Below are positions 27,236 through 36,998 of a DNA stretch of 49,561 nt, piece by piece. A program made the translations under genes and the position numbers. How positions within the stretch are numbered: the stretch's first letter is position 1; each line of letters starts with the position of its first letter. The notes under the pieces were generated by a model that did not search any database, was not told the origin of the DNA, and saw only the letters and a program-made list of their open reading frames with translations. Source of the DNA: Nitrospinota bacterium (lineage in GTDB: Bacteria; UBA8248); the NCBI GenBank assembly GCA_036231405.1, contig JAZAHK010000026.1, forward strand, positions 1-49,561, given 5' to 3'.

Positions 27236-29497
27236 CTAGTTTTTTTCCCAACCTTTTCTGAATGTGGGGATTCTCTCTCCTTCAATTACTCCAAGTAAGT
27301 TGAATCCTACGAAAATTTCAGTTTTATCACTAAGGTCGCTAACGGTTAAAATTGTATCCCAACAACATGACTTGCGCCTTAAAATAAATTTTTTCTCGAG
27401 AACTTTTTTGTCAGAACGGTTAACCCTAGTTATTAATTCGAAGAACCAGTTCTTTAGGAAAGCAAATCCTCCAGATAAATTGAAATGGCTTTCTCCAGTA
27501 CTTATTGGTGTTATATTTCTTTGCCTTTTCCATGTTCTGTCAAGGTAGAGGTAACCGTTTCTACCGATCGAATATCTTATAGCTGTTGAGTATTTATTTA
27601 TTTCGCTCTCGTATGGTGCGTAAGTTGCTTTTTGAATCAAACTTAACTTTCTTATAATTGAAGATTTAGCTTCTATATCTATATCACCAGAGGGGCGAAT
27701 TGAGTTTGTGCTAAGTTTCTGTTTTCTCCTCTTCTCGTCTATGTTGTACTGTTGTGATATTGAAAGTTTTAGAAGTTCTCTTGTTTCTAGCCCCTGGTCA
27801 CTTTTATATTTTGTCAAAATCCTATTTGTTAATGTGTAATCGGCTATATTTTTGTCACCTAGTGAGTCAATAGAATCCAATTCTAAAGTTAATTGTCTGT
27901 CCCTTGAGTCCATTGATGGGGTGTATTTGTAATTGCTTTCTAGTTCTATGGTGTGTTTGAATTTGTTCATTTTGCCTATGTGGGCATCATAAATCTTACT
28001 AAATTTTGGGCCTTTGAGATGAAATTCACTGAACCACATCTCTCTAGAAATAGAGGAGGTTAGCTGCTGTTCCTTTGTGGGGCTTCCTCCTATGCTCGAG
28101 TCAAGTTTTCGTTGTGTCCAGAATGTTTCATGGAATCCGAATTCGGACGTAAGAGTTAAGGAAGGAAGAATTTTCATTGGGATAGACAAACTGGGTTTTA
28201 AGTGGAATCTCTCAAACGAAATAGTAGATGGAGAGTCGACTCTTCTTAGTTTGTGAAATGAGGTTTTTAAGTTCATATAGAGGTCTCTTGATCCATATTT
28301 CCAATTGTCGATTTCAACACTTATTCCTGGTGCCACGTCATATACATCTCCATCGTTTTCGTTTACCCCCCTTGTTCTGCTAGCGCGAAGTTTAAACCTC
28401 CCGGGAAGATTGACAAATTCTCTGCGTATATCGACATGTGATTTCGTACTCTGTCTTGTTCTGTCGTGTAAATTTATGTCTAGAGATCTGTCTATGTATG
28501 GTCTTCCTGCTTCTTCTATTTTCGCGTCTATGTCTGTCCTGTAATCTGTTAAATACGTTTTATATTTTCCTTTGAGGTCCCAAAATTGTTTAGTAGGTTT
28601 GTTTTTTTTTGGGGGAGATTTAGCGTTTATAGTTTGTCCATTTATTTCACCAATAGTCGTTTCGTCGGATTTAAACCTATATTCGCCTTTCCACCGGAAG
28701 CCCCTTTTTGACATGTAGTCAAGACCGAAAGTAGCGTCTGAAGAACGATTTATGGCCCAGAAGTAATCTGCCACGATTTGGTTTCCGTTTTTTTTTCCTA
28801 GTCCTATTTTTGGGGGCAGAAATCCTGAAGCTCTTTTTTGTTTGATGGGGACAATTGCCCATGGTGAAGCGATAACTGGAAATCCGGATATCTCGAGTCT
28901 AGGATTTTTAAGTTCTGCATATCCACCTATTTTAAAATTTGTTTTTTTAGATCTTAAGGCCCAATCAGGTTTGTCTCCTTTACAGGAAGTGAATGTTCCC
29001 CCAAGAACTTCGTAATGGTCGTAGGATAGCCTTCTGATTACATTGGCTCGTATGTAATATGTAGCGGCAATAAAACCATAAGCAGAAAAAATAGTTAGTT
29101 TTTCACTATCCAAATTAAATTCTGCTCGAGTTCCTATAACCCTATCGTTTTTAGTTTGAAAAACAACATTTCCTGTTGCAATTCCGTCATGTGTAATAGT
29201 TTGAATTTCTATGTGGTCAGCTTGTAAACGATGTCCTAAAAACCTTATGTCGGCAAAACCTTTTCCAACTACTCTTTGACGGATTTTGTCATTTATGATT
29301 TTGTCTGCTGAAATTGCAGTTGCTGCATTTGAGTCTTTTAGAAATGCTAGTGGTCCACTACTTTCTTTGAAGTTTCTTGCATAATTATTGGTGATTTCCT
29401 TCGATGGGTTTAAAAGTGAATTGGCAAATATTTCGATGTTTGTTAAGTGGGAGAAAAGCAATGAAATTATTAAAATCAAAAAAGTTGTCCAGTTCAT
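27236..29497 (-). CDS. lptD: LPS-assembly protein LptD
   Basis: Signal peptide, FTSC...PDW, RASGFLPP, YFWAI, C-terminal CCW. Confidence 0.85.
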   Translation of the reverse strand: MNWTTFLILIISLLFSHLTNIEIFANSLLNPSKEITNNYARNFKESSGPLAFLKDSNAATAISADKIINDKIRQRVVGKGFADIRFLGHRLQADHIEIQTITHDGIATGNVVFQTKNDRVIGTRAEFNLDSEKLTIFSAYGFIAATYYIRANVIRRLSYDHYEVLGGTFTSCKGDKPDWALRSKKTNFKIGGYAELKNPRLEISGFPVIASPWAIVPIKQKRASGFLPPKIGLGKKNGNQIVADYFWAINRSSDATFGLDYMSKRGFRWKGEYRFKSDETTIGEINGQTINAKSPPKKNKPTKQFWDLKGKYKTYLTDYRTDIDAKIEEAGRPYIDRSLDINLHDRTRQSTKSHVDIRREFVNLPGRFKLRASRTRGVNENDGDVYDVAPGISVEIDNWKYGSRDLYMNLKTSFHKLRRVDSPSTISFERFHLKPSLSIPMKILPSLTLTSEFGFHETFWTQRKLDSSIGGSPTKEQQLTSSISREMWFSEFHLKGPKFSKIYDAHIGKMNKFKHTIELESNYKYTPSMDSRDRQLTLELDSIDSLGDKNIADYTLTNRILTKYKSDQGLETRELLKLSISQQYNIDEKRRKQKLSTNSIRPSGDIDIEAKSSIIRKLSLIQKATYAPYESEINKYSTAIRYSIGRNGYLYLDRTWKRQRNITPISTGESHFNLSGGFAFLKNWFFELITRVNRSDKKVLEKKFILRRKSCCWDTILTVSDLSDKTEIFVGFNLLGVIEGERIPTFRKGWEKN

Positions 29498-29548
29498 ACT
29501 ACATAGACCATCTTTCTCTGAATTCTTTGGTTGGGGTTCTAGAAAAAT

Positions 29549-30403
29549 TTAATTTATTCGATTCCAACTCTTTTCTTGTTCCCTATCCTGATTTTGATGA
29601 TAAACATCTTCGGTAGATTTGATTTCTTTTTTATTTTTAAAGATAGTCGTTACAGGACCAGAAACACAGAATAACGCCATTACTACGAATGTCATTAACT
29701 TGGGTGCGGCAGCAGCCATAAATAAAATCAAGATTACACTTACGGATGTCCTAAATGGATATTTAAGTCGCCTGTTAAATATGTCTATTTTTTTGTATCT
29801 TATAGTACTAACCATAAGAAAAGATAATACGTAGGCAACTACTGCAATTGATTCCATCGGGACAAATGACTTGTAGGTTGTGTTTTCTAGAAGACAAACG
29901 AATGATGCAATAAGTCCGGCGGCTGCCGGAACTGGTAGCCCTCTAAAATCCCCACCTGTCTTTCCTGAGTTGGCCATAGTGTTAAATCTTGCCAATCGGA
30001 GTGCACCACAAGCAGAGAAAACGAAAGCAGCTAGCCAACCAATTCTCCCGAACGGTGTTAGTGCCCAAATGTAAATCAATAAACTTGGCGCTATAGCAAA
30101 TGTTACCAAGTCGCACATTGAATCGTACTGAACACCGAACGAACTAGTTGTTCTCGTTTTTCTGGCGACTGCTCCATCCAACCCATCTAGTACTATTGCA
30201 AAAAGGATTGCAAGGGATGACCAGAAGAAATCATTGTTGATTGCAGCAATGATAGAATAAAAGCCAGCAAAAAGACCACCGGTTGTTAGTAGGTTAGGCA
30301 AGAGAAAAATACCTTTTTTAAGCCTATGTTTCCTTGAATTTATTTTTTTTCGTCTTCTTTTCTTGAAATTTTTAAGACGAAAAGGAACCTGATTTTGCGA
30401 CAA
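29549..30403 (-). CDS. pssA: CDP-diacylglycerol--serine O-phosphatidyltransferase
   Basis: LPNLLT, DGLDGAVAR...FGVQYDSMCD, LRLARFN. Start moved to TTG 30403, preceded by GGAGGAG. Confidence 0.93.
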   Translation of the reverse strand: MSQNQVPFRLKNFKKRRRKKINSRKHRLKKGIFLLPNLLTTGGLFAGFYSIIAAINNDFFWSSLAILFAIVLDGLDGAVARKTRTTSSFGVQYDSMCDLVTFAIAPSLLIYIWALTPFGRIGWLAAFVFSACGALRLARFNTMANSGKTGGDFRGLPVPAAAGLIASFVCLLENTTYKSFVPMESIAVVAYVLSFLMVSTIRYKKIDIFNRRLKYPFRTSVSVILILFMAAAAPKLMTFVVMALFCVSGPVTTIFKNKKEIKSTEDVYHQNQDREQEKSWNRIN

Positions 30404-31022
30404 TGGTTTCTCCTCCGCGAACTCTCTCTCCAAGTGAGACACATGGTGAATATCCAGGAGGTACAATTAAGTCAGTTCTAGACCCGAATTGTATAAGCCC
30501 GAATCTTTCCCCCTTGTTGATATAATCACCTTTTATTTTCCAGCACACTATTCGACGCGCAATAAAACCTGCTATCTGTACAACCAAGAAATTATCTCCT
30601 GAATTCGTTTCAATTTCAATAGTATTCCTTTCATTAATTTCAGAAGAATTCTTTTTGTATGCGGCTATAAAATTTCCCTTGAAATAATTTACTTCCTTTA
30701 TCTTCCCAGAAACTGGGGAACGATTGATGTGAACGTCTAAAGGAGAAAGGAAGATCCCTAATAAAATTGAGTTATCTTTTGCTATTTCAAGAGCAATCAC
30801 TTTGCCGTCAGCTGGTGAAATGATTGAGCCTTCGGTTTTTGGCGTTTTTCTTTTTGGGTCTCGAAAAAAAAATGCAACTGCGATCGTCAGGAAAACAAAC
30901 AAAATTAAAAGGATAAAAAAATTTAAATAAAAAGAAAAAAAGGATAGTGAAGCGAAGAACAAAATAAATTTCCATCCTTCGCGAGCAATTAACGGTCTTT
31001 TTGTTTCTGTCGAGTTAGACAT
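30372..31022 (-). CDS. psd: Phosphatidylserine decarboxylase (short type)
   Basis: FFRDP, SPADG, IFLSPLDVHINRSP, FGSRTD autocleavage motif. Confidence 0.94.
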   Translation of the reverse strand: MSNSTETKRPLIAREGWKFILFFASLSFFSFYLNFFILLILFVFLTIAVAFFFRDPKRKTPKTEGSIISPADGKVIALEIAKDNSILLGIFLSPLDVHINRSPVSGKIKEVNYFKGNFIAAYKKNSSEINERNTIEIETNSGDNFLVVQIAGFIARRIVCWKIKGDYINKGERFGLIQFGSRTDLIVPPGYSPCVSLGERVRGGETIVAKSGSFSS

Positions 31023-31023
31023 T

Positions 31024-31557
31024 CTAGTTTTTGATATTTTTTAAAATAGTGGGTCCTTTTGAAATTGCAGTTTTGCCGGTTCTCGAAATTTCTGTGATTC
31101 TATAGGGTTGAAGAAGTTCTATAAGATTCAGTATTTTTTCCTCCTCTCCAGTCGTTTCTAATATCATTTCACTTGGAGTTATTTGTAGTACCTTAGAATG
31201 AAATATTTCTGCTATTTGTAAAATTTCATCTCTTGTTTCTTTTGAAGAGGAGACTTTCATTAGAACCATCTCTCTTTCTATGCTTTCCCCATGTTTCATT
31301 TCGGTCACTTTGATTGTATCTATAAGTTTCCCTAACTGTTTGCGTATTTGTTCTATGATCTTCGAATCCCCTGATGTCACGATTGTTATTCTTGAAATAC
31401 TAGGATCTTGAGTAGTTCCTACCGAAAGGCTTTCTATATTGTACCCTCTAGCACTGAATAAACTCGCTACTTTTGCCAAGACGCCAAATTTATTTTCAAC
31501 TAAAATTGCTATCGTATGCGGAGTATCAGACGAATTCTTTTCTTCAATTGTCGACAT
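31024..31557 (-). CDS. ilvH: Acetolactate synthase small subunit, long (IlvH-type)
   Basis: VENKFGVLAKVASLFSARGYNIESL, QIRKQLGKLID, EISRTG. Confidence 0.93.
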   Translation of the reverse strand: MSTIEEKNSSDTPHTIAILVENKFGVLAKVASLFSARGYNIESLSVGTTQDPSISRITIVTSGDSKIIEQIRKQLGKLIDTIKVTEMKHGESIEREMVLMKVSSSKETRDEILQIAEIFHSKVLQITPSEMILETTGEEEKILNLIELLQPYRITEISRTGKTAISKGPTILKNIKN

Positions 31558-31588
31558 CTCTCTACTCCTTGTTGTTTGAATTTGACAT

Positions 31589-31870
31589 TCATTTGTCTAA
31601 AACAGAGATGAAAAGTTTTTTTGTTTTTTCTTTTTCATAAGGTAAAATTTCCACAGATTTCACGTCATAAAGTTTACTTAGTTGTTTCCCTATTTGATTC
31701 ATTTTTTCTTCTTCAACCTGACTAACTATAACCATTCTTGTTATTTTTTTGTCCACAGTTGGTGCGGCAACTATTGATTCTATATTATAACTGCGCCTAG
31801 TAAAAAGACCGGCAACATGAGACAGAACTCCTGGATGATTATTTACTAGTATTGAGAAGACTTGTCTCAT
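31589..31870 (-). CDS. ilvN: Acetolactate synthase small subunit, short ACT-only (IlvN-type)
   Basis: VNNHPGVLSHVAGLFTRRSYNI; ATGA overlap with the upstream large subunit. Confidence 0.88.
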   Translation of the reverse strand: MRQVFSILVNNHPGVLSHVAGLFTRRSYNIESIVAAPTVDKKITRMVIVSQVEEEKMNQIGKQLSKLYDVKSVEILPYEKEKTKKLFISVLDK

Positions 31871-33561
31871 GATTTGACTTCCGCGTCAGATTGATTTAGT
31901 TGCATCTCGCTGTTGGGTGCGCCAGCTGGAACCATTGGCCATACATTTTCCCCTTCATCAACATGGAAATTGATTACTACAGGCCCATCAATCTTAGATG
32001 CTTCTTCTAGAGATGGAACAACCTGTTCTAAAGAGTCTACATCAATTCCGTGAACTCCATATCCTTCGGCTATTACTTTGAAATCAGGATTCTTGGGATA
32101 GTAAGAATGAGAGTATCTTTTTTCAAAGAATAATTCCTGCCACTGCCTTACCATTCCAAGGTACCCATTATTTAATATAGCTACTTTAACTGGAATCCCA
32201 TATTGGGATGCAGTTGCTAATTCCGTTAAAGTCATCGCAAAACTTCCATCACCGTCGATAAGCCATACTTCTTTTTCGGGGCGCGCAATTTTTGCTCCTA
32301 TTGCAGCAGGGAGGCCAAAGCCCATTGTCCCTAATCCTCCAGAAGATACCCAACTGTTGGGTTCGTTAAAACGAATAAATTGGGCAGCCCACATTTGATG
32401 TTGCCCAACTCCTGTTGCATAGATTGCATCGCCTTTAGTTAATTCTTGTATTTTTTCAATGACATACTGAGGCTTGATGGGGCCGCCAACTTTATAATTA
32501 AGAGGAAAATCAGATTTCCATTTTTTTATTTTCTTTAACCAGTTGTCGCAGTGGAGTTCTCCAACATCTTCATTTAACACCTTAAGTACTTCTCTGACAT
32601 TGCCGAGGATTGGAATATCTGTTGAAATTCTTTTTCCTAGTTCAACGGGGTCTATGTCAACGTGACAAATTTTAGCTTGCTTGCAAAATCCAGAAGTATT
32701 TCCTGTAACACGGTCGTCAAAACGTCCTCCTAGATTGATTAATAAATCGCAATCATCTAGCGCGAAGTTTGCATACGCAGTTCCATGCATTCCAGGCATC
32801 CCAAGAAAAAGGCTGTCCGTTCCTGGAAATCCTCCTAGCCCAAGTAATGTATTGATAACAGGGATTTTGGATTTCTTGGCAAACTTTGTTAGTTCACCTG
32901 ATGCTTTTGCTTTTAATATCCCTGCTCCTGCTAGAATGAGAGGTTTTTTTGATTTTTTGAGTGTAGAGATTAGTTCACCTATCCCCTCAATGCTTTCTTT
33001 AGAAAGTTCCGATTGGAATTCTTCTCCCGCATATGAAGTTTCAGATCTCTTGTAAGTGGTTTTTTTTACCTGAATATCTTTAGGGAAATCTATCAGCACA
33101 GGCCCTGGTCTTCCTGTAGTGGCAATTTTAATGGCCTCTTTTGTGATGTTTTGAATATCCTTTACATCTTGTATTAGCCAATTGTATTTTGTGACTGGAA
33201 TGGAGCAACCGTAAGTATCTGCTTCTTGGAATGCGTCAGTTCCTATCATAGGAGACGCAACTTGGCCTGTAATAGCAATCATAGGAACGGAATCCATATG
33301 AGCATTGGCAAGACCAGTAATGATATTTGTTGCGCCAGGTCCGGAAGTTGTTATTACGGCTGCAATTTTACTGCTAACTCGCGCATATCCATCAGCCATA
33401 TGCGCGGCACCTTGTTCATGTCGAGTTAGAATGTGTGGAAATTCTGATTGAAGAAGTTCGTCATAAAAAGGCATTATTGCACCACCTGGAATTCCAAATG
33501 CAATTTCAACACCACCTGCTTTTAGTTCTTCTAACATAATCTGAGAACCATTTAATTCCAA
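31867..33561 (-). CDS. ilvB: Acetolactate synthase large subunit (copy 2)
   Basis: GIPGGA, RHEQGAAH, GDGSF...NNGYLGMVRQWQ. Confidence 0.95.
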   Translation of the reverse strand: MELNGSQIMLEELKAGGVEIAFGIPGGAIMPFYDELLQSEFPHILTRHEQGAAHMADGYARVSSKIAAVITTSGPGATNIITGLANAHMDSVPMIAITGQVASPMIGTDAFQEADTYGCSIPVTKYNWLIQDVKDIQNITKEAIKIATTGRPGPVLIDFPKDIQVKKTTYKRSETSYAGEEFQSELSKESIEGIGELISTLKKSKKPLILAGAGILKAKASGELTKFAKKSKIPVINTLLGLGGFPGTDSLFLGMPGMHGTAYANFALDDCDLLINLGGRFDDRVTGNTSGFCKQAKICHVDIDPVELGKRISTDIPILGNVREVLKVLNEDVGELHCDNWLKKIKKWKSDFPLNYKVGGPIKPQYVIEKIQELTKGDAIYATGVGQHQMWAAQFIRFNEPNSWVSSGGLGTMGFGLPAAIGAKIARPEKEVWLIDGDGSFAMTLTELATASQYGIPVKVAILNNGYLGMVRQWQELFFEKRYSHSYYPKNPDFKVIAEGYGVHGIDVDSLEQVVPSLEEASKIDGPVVINFHVDEGENVWPMVPAGAPNSEMQLNQSDAEVKS

Positions 33562-33572
33562 TGGAACGTCTC

Positions 33573-35342
33573 CTAATTATCTGGCAGTGCGCTTAGTTTT
33601 GCGCTAAATTTTTCTTTTCTTGAATCGTAGACGATCATGTCTTTGGTGCTCCCTCCAGCAGGAATCATGGGGAAAACTAATTCATCTGGATCGACGTTTA
33701 CGTCAAGAATAAAAGGTCCAGGAGTAGTCGTCATTTTTTTGATTGCGGGACGCAATTCAGTTTTCTTTGAAATTGACATTCCACATGCTCCATATGCTTC
33801 AGCAAGTTTTACATAATCAGGGGAACAGTCCAATTCTACTTCACTGAAACGCCTGTCCATAAATAAATCCTGCCATTGTCTAACCATCCCTAAACTTGCA
33901 TTGTTTAGAATGAAGATTTTAACGTTGATTTTGTATTGTACTGCAGTTGCTAATTCTTGAGAAACCATTTGGAAACTTCCATCGCCAGCAATATCGATCG
34001 CGATTTTGTCTGGTCTTGCAAGTGCAGCACCTATTGCAGCAGGGAACCCAAAACCCATAGTCCCTAGTCCTCCTGATGAAATGAATTGTCTTGGGAAAGT
34101 ACAGTTGTAAAACTGTGCTGCCCACATCTGGTGTTGTCCTACTTCAGTTGTAATAATAGCTTTATCTCCAATTTCTTCGCTAAGTGTGACTATAGCTTCC
34201 TGAGGTTTAATGGGTTTTCCTCTTTGCGAACTATAACTTAGGGGATATTTTTTTATCAGGTTTTGAGTTTTTTTAATCCAAACTGGTCTAGTTTGTGATT
34301 TAATAACTTTGTTTATTTCAGATAGTATGAGTTTTGCATCTCCAACAACGGGGATATCCGCATGTTTGTTTTTCCCAATCGCTGTTGGGTCAATATCTAT
34401 ATGTACTATCTTTGCGTTTTTAGCAAACTCAGAAACTTTACCTGTCACTCTATCGTCAAATCTCGCACCAACTGCAATTAAAAGATCACATTCCGCTACG
34501 GCGTAATTAGCATAAGCAGTACCGTGCATCCCGAGCATACCTAAAGAGAGTTTATGATTGTTTGGAAATGCACCAGCACCCATTAAAGTCCATGTAACTG
34601 GGATCTCTGCCTTTTTCGCTAGTGACAGAAGTTCTTTATGAGCATCGGAATGTATCGCACCACCACCTACATACAATATCGGTTGCTTGGAATTTTTTAT
34701 TGCTTCACATACGCGTTTTATTTGTCGTGGATGACCTTGTGTTGTTGGTTTATAACCCCTAATACTAACTTTTTGATTTATAAATTCTTTAGCATTTCCT
34801 AATATTACGTCTTTAGGTATATCTATAAGCACCGGTCCTGGTCTTCCGGTTCGAGCGATATGAAATCCTTCCTGAAAAATTCTAGGCAAGTCTTCAGTAT
34901 TTTTTATCAAGTAACTGTGTTTTGTTACTGTTCTCGTCATACCTATAATATCTGCTTCTTGGAAAGCATCATTTCCGACCATTGAGGTTGCAACTTGACC
35001 AGTAATGCAAATTAAAGGTACTGAATCCATGTACGCGTCAGCTATGCCTGTTACTAGATTCGTTGCACCTGGTCCTGAAGTGGTTAGACAAACCCCGACC
35101 TGTCCACTTGCCCTTGCATATCCTTCGGCCATATGAGCAGCACACTGTTCGTGTCTAGTAAGAATATGTTTTATATTGTTTCCTTTTAGGAAAAGGTCCA
35201 AAACCGTTATTAAAACAGCTCCAGGATGACCAAATATAAATTCTACCTTTTCTCTTGCTAGACTTCTTAAAATAAGTTCAGCGCCAGAAAATTCAGATTC
35301 GTTAATTTGGGTTGCCTTTTTCATAGCCATGTAAATCCTCAT
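33573..35342 (-). CDS. ilvB: Acetolactate synthase large subunit (copy 1, probably IlvI-like)
   Basis: RHEQCAAH, TSGPGATN, GDGSFQM...NNASLGMVRQWQ. Exact start Met uncertain. Confidence 0.95.
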   Translation of the reverse strand: MRIYMAMKKATQINESEFSGAELILRSLAREKVEFIFGHPGAVLITVLDLFLKGNNIKHILTRHEQCAAHMAEGYARASGQVGVCLTTSGPGATNLVTGIADAYMDSVPLICITGQVATSMVGNDAFQEADIIGMTRTVTKHSYLIKNTEDLPRIFQEGFHIARTGRPGPVLIDIPKDVILGNAKEFINQKVSIRGYKPTTQGHPRQIKRVCEAIKNSKQPILYVGGGAIHSDAHKELLSLAKKAEIPVTWTLMGAGAFPNNHKLSLGMLGMHGTAYANYAVAECDLLIAVGARFDDRVTGKVSEFAKNAKIVHIDIDPTAIGKNKHADIPVVGDAKLILSEINKVIKSQTRPVWIKKTQNLIKKYPLSYSSQRGKPIKPQEAIVTLSEEIGDKAIITTEVGQHQMWAAQFYNCTFPRQFISSGGLGTMGFGFPAAIGAALARPDKIAIDIAGDGSFQMVSQELATAVQYKINVKIFILNNASLGMVRQWQDLFMDRRFSEVELDCSPDYVKLAEAYGACGMSISKKTELRPAIKKMTTTPGPFILDVNVDPDELVFPMIPAGGSTKDMIVYDSRKEKFSAKLSALPDN

Positions 35343-35399
35343 AAGAAAGACTATTGAAGTACAATATTAAAACATAAAGTTATAAATAACTTCAGGCGG

Positions 35400-35429
35400 A
35401 TTCTACTCTTCTATGGTAAATTAGGTCAA
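35400..35429 (-). promoter_or_regulatory. Putative sigma70 promoter for the ilv-psd-pssA-lptD run
   Basis: TTGACC-N18-TAGAAT on the minus strand. Confidence 0.55.
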
Positions 35430-35479
35430 GCTAGAAGGAGGGTAACGAGAACGAGTCTAAGTAATTGAATTGTAAAACC

Positions 35480-35695
35480 TTAGTTATTTTCTTCGCTCAT
35501 TTTTTCAATTTGAGTTTTAATTAGTAGTTTTTTCTTCTTTAGTTCTTTTATTTTTTGTTCTTCATCTGCAGTCAAAAACCTCTGGTTTTCTAAAATAGAA
35601 AGCTCGCTTTCTAACTGTAAATGTGTTGTCTGAAGGGTTAAAACGGTGTTTTGATCATTATTAACTTTTTCTTCGGTTGTATTTTGATCTGTCAT
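35480..35695 (-). CDS. DUF465/YdcH-like small coiled-coil protein
   Basis: H..LE.EL..LE...LT..EE...KELKKKKL..K pattern; AGGAG RBS. Confidence 0.75.
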   Translation of the reverse strand: MTDQNTTEEKVNNDQNTVLTLQTTHLQLESELSILENQRFLTADEEQKIKELKKKKLLIKTQIEKMSEENN

Positions 35696-35761
35696 TTCTC
35701 TCCTAATTTCAAAGGTGTGAATTACATAGAAATTTCAAATAAGAAAAAATATATGACTAGA

Positions 35762-35789
35762 ATTCTAACGCTTACTAAGTTCACGTCAA
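35762..35789 (-). promoter_or_regulatory. Putative sigma70 promoter for the DUF465 gene
   Basis: TTGACG-N16-TAGAAT on the minus strand. Confidence 0.45.
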
Positions 35790-35809
35790 GTGCTTTTATA
35801 GATAATAGA

Positions 35810-36538
35810 CTATCCAAGTTTTACCTCCCGGCAATAAGTGGGTAGTACGTTTTCGGTGTTTTGAAAGTCACCTCTTTTCAGTTTCTCTAGTGTTAGTAGT
35901 CCTACAGATAGAGAAGAAGTGTTGATCGGCAATAAAAAGGGGTCTTTATATTTATTTTTTAGGTAGTATATTCTTTCACTATCCATTGAAGAATATACTA
36001 AGATAGTCTTTTGGTCGTTCTCAACTTCAAATTCATCGAATTTGATCAATGCATCATCTGTTTTCCGTAAACAATGATATTTTTTGTCAGACTGTTTTTT
36101 AGAAACTTCAAATTTAGCGCTAAAGATATTATCCTTATCTGCGTTTCTGACGCATATAATAGATTTTGGTGAAATTTCTGTACTTTCCGAAAATCCTCTG
36201 ATAGCCTCTTCTGCTAGAATTTCTAGTGAAGAAAATCCAAAAATTGGGCAACCTAAACTCAAAGAGAGTCCTTTGGCAGTAGAGATTCCGATCCTGATAT
36301 TCATGTAGGAACCAGGCCCAGTTGACACCCCAATTCCACATATATTTTTAGCATTCAATTTTAATCTTATGAAAGTTTCTTGTATTGCAGGTAATAAGGT
36401 TGTTGAAATCTTTTGATTCTTTTCAAGAGTGCTAGTAGTGGAAGAAATGTCCTTGCAATTTAAAAACGTAATTTGCCCACACGGAACCGATACGTCAAAT
36501 CCCAAAACCCATTTATTTTTCAAGTTTATTTTTGGCAT
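35810..36538 (-). CDS. tsaB: tRNA threonylcarbamoyladenosine biosynthesis protein TsaB (divergent)
   Basis: VLGFDVS, GVSTGPGSYMNIRIGISTAKGL, SSLE, C-terminal PTY.R. Confidence 0.85.
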   Translation of the reverse strand: MPKINLKNKWVLGFDVSVPCGQITFLNCKDISSTTSTLEKNQKISTTLLPAIQETFIRLKLNAKNICGIGVSTGPGSYMNIRIGISTAKGLSLSLGCPIFGFSSLEILAEEAIRGFSESTEISPKSIICVRNADKDNIFSAKFEVSKKQSDKKYHCLRKTDDALIKFDEFEVENDQKTILVYSSMDSERIYYLKNKYKDPFLLPINTSSLSVGLLTLEKLKRGDFQNTENVLPTYCREVKLG

Positions 36539-36583
36539 ATTTTAATAGGAAAATTTAAATGGAAAAATGTACAGGAAAATAAA

Positions 36584-36619
36584 TTTAGCAGGAAAGAGTA
36601 ATTGCTCTTTCCTGCTAAA
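36584..36619 (-). terminator. Intrinsic terminator after atpE
   Basis: Perfect 15-bp stem tttagcaggaaagag/ctctttcctgctaaa with a 6-nt loop, followed by a T-rich tract on the minus strand. Confidence 0.85.
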
Positions 36620-36626
36620 ATGGAAC

Positions 36627-36941
36627 TTAACCCAGAATGATAATCAAGCAGATAACAAACGTGTAAATTACCAATGATTCAATAAGTGCAAGTCCAATTA
36701 TCATAGAAATTCTTAAGTCTGCACCGGCTCCTGGATTCCTAGCGGTGCCACTTAGTGCACTAGATATACTCCAGCCTTGAGAAATAGCTCCGGCTGCAGC
36801 AGCGATTGCAAGTGCGAATGAGGAAGAGATGATTCTCCATTTAAGTGTTTCAGAACCTGTTGCCGCAGTAGCTGCAAAAGCTTCTGTAGCCATAGCAAAG
36901 AATGCTGCAAAAACTCCATAGAAAATTACCAACCGTTTCAT
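36627..36941 (-). CDS. atpE: ATP synthase F0 subunit c with signal-peptide-like N-terminal extension
   Basis: ARNP loop, LALIESLVIY; AGGAG RBS. Confidence 0.95.
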   Translation of the reverse strand: MKRLVIFYGVFAAFFAMATEAFAATAATGSETLKWRIISSSFALAIAAAAGAISQGWSISSALSGTARNPGAGADLRISMIIGLALIESLVIYTFVICLIIILG

Positions 36942-36998
36942 TGCTTTCTTCTCCTTGTAGTAATAAAGAAAACGAAATAAAGCTTAATTTACAGTCAA

